Shown here: positions 56,628 through 64,000 of the stretch, in pieces | Position numbering within the stretch: the stretch's first letter is position 1 | Layout: each line of letters starts with the position of its first letter | Source: Thecamonas trahens ATCC 50062 | Taxonomy: Eukaryota; Protista; Apusomonadida | NCBI RefSeq assembly: GCF_000142905.1 | Contig: NW_013657616.1 | Location: 1-64,000, forward strand | Direction: 5' to 3' | Length of the DNA stretch: 64,000 bases | The notes under the pieces: generated by a model | Databases searched by the model: none | The model's input: the letters and a program-made list of their open reading frames with translations, nothing else | Told to the model about the DNA's origin: nothing | Position numbers and translations under genes: made by a program

Positions 56628-57859
56628 TTACGACGATGGAGACGATGAGGTGGCAGCGGTGGGGCCGACAGAGGCCGAGGTGTCGACGAGGTATTTGACG
56701 ACGTTGGCCTGCTCGAGCACGTCTTGGACCTTTGCGCGCGACTTGGGGTTGAGCATAGCGTACATGGCGCGGAGATCGTGGAGCGAGGCGGCCTGGTGCT
56801 CGATGGGCGGCTGGTGGGCGACGGCGCCTCCGGGAAGCTTGACTTCGAACGAATCTGCGCCCTGGGCGAGGGCGCGGGCGTTGGCATCGAGGTAGGGCAT
56901 GTAGAAGCGGCCGATGTTCTTGAGGAGCGAGAGGACAACCGGCGAGTAGGCCTCCGAGGTCTCGAGCCACTGGCCCTCGATGCCCGACGGCTCGTCGAGG
57001 GCAAAGGTCCACGCGTAGAGTCGCGGCGTGTTCTCGCGGAGCCACTTGGACGAGTCGTAGTCGAGGACAAGCTGTGAGAGCTGCCCAAAGACGGCAAAGT
57101 CAGCTAGCGAGGGGCGCGAGCCAAAGAGGAACCGCTGCCCGTCCTCAATGTGCTGCTCGAGAGCCAGGAGGTCACGCTGGAGGCACGAGACAATGCCTGT
57201 CCCATCACCCACGCCCATCAGTGCCACTCGCAGCCTCTGGCGGGTGAGGAACTTGGTGGCTACCGAGCGGACCTCCTCGCGCGACGCCGGTGTGATCATG
57301 TCTGCCACCACGTGTCGGGCGCTCCACTGCGAGAAGAGATGTGCGTGAGTATCTGGGGAGAAGAGAGGGCAAAGGGCAAAGGGCAAGGGGCAAGGGAGCG
57401 GGAAAGGGAAAGGATGGGGGAAGAGAGAAGGATGAGGGAAGGAGGGCGTACCATGACGGCGTCGTCGTCCTGCAGCAGCCATCGCCAGGCAAATGCGCCC
57501 TTCATGTGCCACTCATCCGTGTAGTCCTCGAGGAGATGGACGAGAAAGGCCAGAGCAGGATCTCTTGGAATGGAGCTCCTTGCCAGGGTAGCCATTCTCC
57601 TCTCCAGATCCAGAGCAATAGAAGTCGATCCTTGAATGAGACCACCATCATCGCCTACTTTGAGCAGAGGCATCCGCTGCGACTCGACAGCACGAACTGC
57701 CGTCGTATCGCCACCTTCTTCCAGCCACTGCCACAATCGTTGCCAAACAAAGGGAACACGTCGATAGCGAAGCAATGCACGAGTCTTGAGCGAGTACGGC
57801 GAGCCATTCGATCCATAGAGTGTGACACGCGCCACGGCGCCAGCAGCACGGAAGGCCAT
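56628..57859 (-). CDS. Glutathione S-transferase-like protein (2 exons)
   Basis: GSPYSLKTRALLRYRRVPF, QGSTSIALDLE, LEDYTDEWHMK..WRW and FLFGSRPSLADFAVFGQL. A GTACGC..CAG intron at 57451-57327 joins the exons in frame. Confidence 0.85.
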
Positions 57860-57962
57860 GACGGTGGAAGGGGGGGTGTGTGTGGGGGGTAGGGGGGGGG
57901 GGGGGGAGGGAAGGGGGAAGGAAGGAGACGACGACGAGGAGGAGGAGAAAACCTAGCTCGTT

Positions 57963-58541
57963 NNNNNNNNNNNNNNNNNNNNNNNNNNNNNNNNNNNNNN
58001 NNNNNNNNNNNNNNNNNNNNNNNNNNNNNNNNNNNNNNNNNNNNNNNNNNNNNNNNNNNNNNNNNNNNNNNNNNNNNNNNNNNNNNNNNNNNNNNNNNNN
58101 NNNNNNNNNNNNNNNNNNNNNNNNNNNNNNNNNNNNNNNNNNNNNNNNNNNNNNNNNNNNNNNNNNNNNNNNNNNNNNNNNNNNNNNNNNNNNNNNNNNN
58201 NNNNNNNNNNNNNNNNNNNNNNNNNNNNNNNNNNNNNNNNNNNNNNNNNNNNNNNNNNNNNNNNNNNNNNNNNNNNNNNNNNNNNNNNNNNNNNNNNNNN
58301 NNNNNNNNNNNNNNNNNNNNNNNNNNNNNNNNNNNNNNNNNNNNNNNNNNNNNNNNNNNNNNNNNNNNNNNNNNNNNNNNNNNNNNNNNNNNNNNNNNNN
58401 NNNNNNNNNNNNNNNNNNNNNNNNNNNNNNNNNNNNNNNNNNNNNNNNNNNNNNNNNNNNNNNNNNNNNNNNNNNNNNNNNNNNNNNNNNNNNNNNNNNN
58501 NNNNNNNNNNNNNNNNNNNNNNNNNNNNNNNNNNNNNNNNN
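57963..58541. other. Assembly gap (about 579 N)
   Basis: N run. Confidence 1.
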
Positions 58542-58793
58542 GCCCGCGTTGAGCCTCTCAACATCGTTAGGGGAAGGGGAAGAGAAGCGAGGAGGGGAGG
58601 GGGAGGGGGCGGGTGCCAGGTGGTCTAGTGGTGGTATTGGTGGTGGTACTGGTGGTGGTGGTGGTGGCGGTGGTCGTCGTCGTCCCCCTGGTCGTGGTCG
58701 TGCGGTGGTCGTGGCTGGTCGCCTGTGCTGCGTGTGACTGACTCACTGACTTTGTTCATGTCAATGTCATCATTGTTCGTTGAAGCCTCTCAA

Positions 58794-58988
58794 CATCGTT
58801 CGCTGGAGGCTCATCCTCACCATCGTTCGCTGGAGGCTCATCCTCACCATCGTTCGCTGGAGGCTCATCCTCACCATCGTTCGCTGGAGGCTCATCCTCA
58901 TCATCGTTCGCTGGAGGCTCATCCTCACCATCGTTCGCTGGAGGCTCATCCTCATCATCGTTCGCTGGAGGCTCATCCTCATCATCGT
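58794..58988. repeat. 27-bp tandem repeat (catcgttcgctggaggctcatcctcaY) x7
   Basis: Directly visible. Confidence 0.95.
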
Positions 58989-59084
58989 CCGCCCGTTTTC
59001 GTCGTCGTCGTCATTGTTCGCTCGTTTTCGCCTTTACTCGATTTGGTGCTGTGCTGGTTGCGGTCGGGGTGCGGAGGATGGAGA

Positions 59085-60279
59085 TCAACGCCGCCGACGG
59101 CGGCGATGATGCTTGACGAATGCCGATGGCATGGGCGACTGCGAGTACGAGGTACTGCTGCCGGCGGTGGCGAGGGTGACATAGCCCCAGCAGCCGCCAA
59201 CCATCGTGGGTGCAAGAGCGCGCGTGCCGTCGGCAAAGCGGAGGCCGACGACTGTGCCGAGCGCGCCGGCGTACAGCACCTCTGCGGCGGCATCGACGTG
59301 GAGGACAACAAGCGGCCAGGCAGATGAGACCGAGGTCGTCCACAAAGTCTCACCGGTGTGCGCGTCGAGGGCAGCCACCGATCCGGCAATGCCAACAAAG
59401 ACAAGGCCGGCCTTGGCGGCAACAGCGACCGAGACTCCGGTCCCGTACCGCAGGCCCTTGAGCGGGTTGTGCCACACAACCTCATCCGGCGCAACAAGCG
59501 AGTGGGCTGTGATCTGGCCCCACGTCCCGCAAAACACAGGCCCATGTCCGGCGCGGCAGCGAGTCCGACAGCAGCGTGCGCGCGCGAGAGCGAGATCTTG
59601 CGCGCCGGGACGGCCGCGTCTGCGGCGGCGTTCACCGGCGTGATAAACATGTTGCTCCGCTCGCCGGCGATCAGGCTGCCGCGGTCGTCGATCGCAAGGG
59701 TGAAAACGTCGTAGCAGCGCATCGAGAAGACGTTGGCGTCAAGGACAGCGCCAGTTGCCGTCGAGAGCGCGTAGATGGAGCCCGAGACCGAGAGGTAGAG
59801 CACGCCGCGGGTGGCGTCGAGCAGCGAGACGCACGCCATGCCCGACACCTTTTTCACCGCCACCTCCCACATCACTGCGCCGAACTCGTCCAGCTCGCCA
59901 TCAAGCCGGATCTTGGCCGCGGCCTTGCCGGACGTGTAGTATCCAACACCTTCTGTCACGTCGACGTGGAGGCAGGCGGCGACGTTGGCGATCTTGGACG
60001 CGCTGCAGATCTTGACAGAGGAAAGCACGGCGCCGCTGTCTTCATCGAGGTGAAAGACCCGCCGCCGGGCGGCAGCATACAGCCCGAGCTTGGTTGTCGT
60101 CACGTGCGGCGAGGCAAACCGCACTCCGAGCTTGGTCGTCCACGCCACGGTGCCGCCGACAAGCTTAGTCACTTTCCGGTCGACCCGGTGTAGACGACCG
60201 AGTTAGGCGCGGCCGGGAGCGGAGCGCGCGGAAGGAGCGGAAGGAGCGGATAAAGCTCTGCATCATCGTCAGTAGCCAT
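59085..60279 (-). CDS. PQQ-like (BamB-type) beta-propeller protein
   Basis: Repeated blades VFHLDEDSGAVL, IYALSTATGAVL and VAALDAHTGETLWT. Three ORFs join by single-base shifts near 60175 and 59535. Confidence 0.65.
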
Positions 60280-60425
60280 GATGTGTGTTTGTGTTGTTCT
60301 GTCTGTGCAATGCAGAAGAGCGATGGCTGTCGCTGCGGCGTGTGGTGCGCGTTTTTCGTAGCGACGGCGCAAAAGTCGCACATGCGGCATTTGCCGCCAC
60401 TGACATACCAGGAAACGAGGCATGA

Positions 60426-62782
60426 TTAGGGCGTGACTTGGGCGGGGCGTGCAAAGTAGAGGCGGATGTTGTGGACGATGTTCTCGAGAAGCCAGGCCGA
60501 AGGCGACTTGAGCCAGAGCTCGCACATGGTGCCGGTGGTGGCGTCGCGGACAGAGATGGCGACGGGCGCGGGCGGCGGGTCGGCCGAAGGCGGGGCGTGC
60601 GAAGAGCCGAGGAGCACATCGCCGAGGGCGGCGTAGGGAATAAGCGCCGGGAGCTCGGTGGCGGTGGTGACGGGCGCGGTGCCGGCACCAGCAGAGGGGT
60701 CGGCCAACGAGTCGATGACCGCAGGCTTGTCGGCGGGGCGGACACGGATGCCGAGCGGCGAGAAGACAAGGGCGATGGCGAGACCCTGGGTGGCAAAGAT
60801 CGAGGTGGAGCCGTCGAGCCAGGTCGACGTGGCGAGGGGCGATGATGTAGAAGACGCGGGTTGGTCCGAGTCTTCAGTGGCGGCGTCGGCGGCAGCATCG
60901 GGGCGGACCTCGGCGCGGATACGGAGGTCGGAGCGTGCGACGCGGCGGATGGTGGCGTCGACGATGGCAGGCTCGACGAGGTGGCGCCAAAAGGAGCGGC
61001 GAGCTGAAGTGGGAAACGCAATGTACATCGAGTGGCCGCGGGGCGAGGCGAGAGCAAAGACGTACTTTTCGCCAAACTTGGGGGCGGAGATGGCGACGAG
61101 CTGCGACTCGGAGAGGCGGAAAGTGCGGGTGGGCGGCCGTGAGCGGCGGCCGTGGCCGGCGAGCAGCATGTCCGAGACGACGGCGAGTGCGCTTGAGTCC
61201 AGAACGGCCTCCTCGGTGAAGGAGAACGAGTCGTCTGTGAGAACGGCAAAGCGCCAGAGCCAGTGCTTCTGCTGCCGGACCTTGAGCCAGCCAACGGCGT
61301 GGACGACGCCCGAGGCGGCGACGGGCGGGTGCGGGAGGGTGAGCGAGTCTGCAATGTCGACGGCGTGGGCGTCGATGGCGGTGACAATGGCGGCACCCCA
61401 AGTAGCGAGGCGGTTGTTGGTGGCGGAGGCTTCGGGCAACAAGAAGCGGTGGTACTTGCCGCGCGAGTAGAGCTTGAAGCCGAGGGCGGTCTTGCGGGTC
61501 TTGGGTACAAAGAGAGCGCCGCGGAGCGGGATGGAGGCGACAACCTTGCGATGGTCTGCCGAGCGGTAAATGACAAAGGCGTCTGCACCGACGACACAGT
61601 GCCGCTCGGCAAGGGAGGGCCCGCCAAAGAGGGCCTTGGAGCGGACGAGGAGCGGGCCCTGGTACGGCGCGAGCTCGGCGCCGAGCGCGTAGATGGTGCC
61701 GAGCATCTTCTCGCGCTGGGACCGCGGCTTGCGCTTGCGGCGGCTCGGCGACGACGACGGCGACGGCACAGGCGATGTCGATGCTGCCGGCGCTGCCGAG
61801 GCCACTGCTGACGGGCCGGTGAGCGCTGCAGGGTCGATGGCAGCAAAAGAGCTCGCTTAATGTCGGAGGCGGCGGGCGCGGGGGTGACGATGACGAGGCC
61901 GGGAGCAGGTCGTCGAGGTCATCGAGTTCGGGCTCGAGCTCGTCAGCGTTGTTGCCCGATTGCGGGTCGTCAGACTGCGGATCGTCGGACGACGACGAGT
62001 TGGCATCGTCGACGTGGTCGACAGGCGGTGAGTCGGTGGAAGATGCCGCTGCCGCGGCTGCTGTTTGTGCACTGGCCGCAGACGGCGCCGAAGAAAGAGG
62101 CTGAGCCTCGAGCGCCTCGATCGCCAACTTGACCGTCATGTACTCTTCGAAGGCTCGCTGGACGGCTGGCTCGGGAGCGCCATCAGCCTTGAGGCTGCGA
62201 ATGGTGGACTTGAGAGCGAGCTTGCGGGCGAGGAGGGCGTCGCGAGAAGCGAGCGGGGCGTAGATGGAGGCGTCCGAGGGCATAAGCGACAGAGGCGAGC
62301 GATCAGAAGAGTTCGGGTTGGAGTTGGGTACGGGCGTAGCGGTAGCAGTAGAGGAAGAGGGAGAAGATGGCGCAGCAGGCTGGAGAGCAGCGGCAGCAGC
62401 TGCCGAGGCCTTGTCCACAAGAGCCGTCAATTGTGCACGTAGAGCTTCATAATGAGCATAGAAATTGGGCAAATCAGGATTGCCCGATGCCTTTGCCTCT
62501 CTCACCACTTCTTTGGCAGCACTTTTTTCGCCTTCAAGATCTCGTGCCCGAGCCACAGCCTCACGTGCCGCCACATACGCTGCGTGCAGTCCTCCCACAA
62601 CGGCGTCGTCTGCCGAAGACTCCTGTCACGCGGGCGGGAAGGGGAGGGCGTGGGAAGAAGGGGTGAGTGGTGGAGGTAGAAGGGGATATTGTTGAAGCGG
62701 AATGGGAAAGCATGTAGAGGGGTACTTTTGCTTGGCGGACAGCTGCTTTGAGGGCGTCTTTCTGCCCTACTAGCTTCTCCAT
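60426..62782 (-). CDS. Protein with three N-terminal helical-hairpin repeats and two PH-like domains
   Basis: Putative exon 62782-62726 and a GT..CAG intron to 62623. ORF 60874-62598 joins ORF 60426-61805 at the T4 run 61845-61848. PH motifs YQGPLLVRSK..ERHCVV..LATWGAAI and GWLKVRQQKHWLWRFAVL..RRSFWRHL. Confidence 0.6.
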
Positions 62783-63460
62783 GGGTGGCCTCGTGGCGAG
62801 TCGGGTGGCGTGCCCTGATCGCCTCCGTGATCGTGATCGATCGTTGGCGTGGACAGGCTGGTCGAGCCCGGCCCAACCGACCGAAATGATCAGGTACGAG
62901 CTCAATCGTCCGCTCGCCACCCACTGTACGTTCTACATGTAATGGACATCGGCAAGGTGAGGTAAGGATACTGTCGCTCGAGGTGTGGGCCATCTCACCC
63001 GCTTGGTACCCTGGCTAGATGATGCGATCGCGTACACATGTTGTCCATCGCATCTCGGCCAACACGATAGCCATGAATCCGCCACTATGTCCCATCTGCC
63101 CATCGTACCCGATCCGTCCAGCTTGTTCGATCCGTCCACATCATCGGCTCGGATTCGCTCGCCTACGTCGAGGCTTTGGCCTCGGTTTCGCTCACTTGCT
63201 GCCTGCAAGCCAACTTCCATGATCGCCACACAACACACACACACATACACACATACATACATGCATACACGCCTACCACCCATCACACACACTCTCTCTC
63301 TCTCTTTCTCTCTCTCCCTTACCGCCATCGCCACCGATCTGCCCATCTTGCCTCAGATCAGTCCACCTTGCTTGGCTGTTGCGACGGCAGCAGCTCACCC
63401 GTACGCCAGCCACCGTCACCTCACTCGGCAGCGACCACGCTCAGGGTGGCGGGCGAGGCA

Positions 63461-64000
63461 GATGGCGAGCAGCACGGCGGCGAGCAGCAAGACGGTCAGC
63501 AGCAAGACGGTCAGCAGCAAGGCAGCGAGTAGCGAGATGGTCAGGAGCAAGACGGTGGCCGAGTTTGTGGCGGCTGACGAGCTCCGGGTCGGCTACGAGG
63601 AGGCGGCGTGGCGTGTGGCGGCGACGACCGAGGCGGTGGCTGGACGATGGTGCGCAAGTTCGAGCGGAACGTGGGGTATCGAGTCTGCAGGGACGAGCAG
63701 GAACGGCGGGCGAATGGCGCTGGGATCGCGTGGGGGCATGTGGCGCTTGTGGATGGCCGATCGGGTCGCCTCATCCATGCCCTCAGCACAAGCGAGGGCT
63801 CAGGGCGGTGGATGACGGCGGTTGCTGTCTCGGACGATCTGGTGGCGGGCGGGGGCTCGGACGGTGTTGTCCATGTCTGGCGGCATGGAGAGGGCGACGA
63901 TGGCGAAGACACACGCTTCCTCGCTCTCATGCCCGCCCACACCGGATGGGTCCATGCCGCTGCGTGGCGGGGCGAGGTACTGGCGACAGGCGGCGGCGAT
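63461..64000 (+). CDS. WD40-repeat protein, 3'-partial, start uncertain
   Basis: MTAVAVSDDLVAGGGSDGVVHVW and AHTGWVHAAAWRGEVLATGGGD run off the window. The upstream frame joins if one G is added at 63732-63736. Confidence 0.7.

Noticed and set aside
1-64000. Numerous long antisense or alternate-frame ORFs; mobile elements; tRNA/rRNA genes
   Set aside because: Shadow ORFs are expected at this GC content, and no transposase, reverse transcriptase, terminal repeat or structural RNA signature was recognised.

Overview
A gene-dense, GC-rich, intron-poor eukaryotic scaffold with three N-gaps. The motile-cilium genes LRRC6 and WDR93-like, together with eEFSec, GH99 and MDM31, point to a flagellated unicellular eukaryote; an apusomonad such as Thecamonas is my unverified guess. 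About 24 protein-coding genes can be modelled. Recognisable ones are MDM31, RPC2, RAD51B, ERCC8, LRRC6, UBLCP1, CPQ, a GH99 endomannosidase and eEFSec, alongside GST, F-box, ankyrin, PH and WD40 proteins. Five things stand out. (1) A tandem array of at least three single-pass receptors (21.1-37.3 kb) with the layout bacterial-type sugar ABC solute-binding domain, CHB_HEX_C/Fn3-like stalk, TM, non-RD TKL kinase, degenerate class III cyclase, pseudokinase; the signalling core is near-identical in DNA while the ectodomains diverge. (2) A P-type ATPase that has lost every catalytic motif and its N domain but keeps long open frames. (3) A protein with about 7 CBM20 domains plus a CBM48 and no recognisable catalytic domain. 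(4) All 8 intergenic minisatellites sit in head-to-tail junctions just 3' of a stop codon, whereas convergent genes abut or overlap at their stops. (5) About 15 single-base frameshifts at short homopolymer runs, most likely sequencing errors. All family assignments come from recalled motifs, not database searches.
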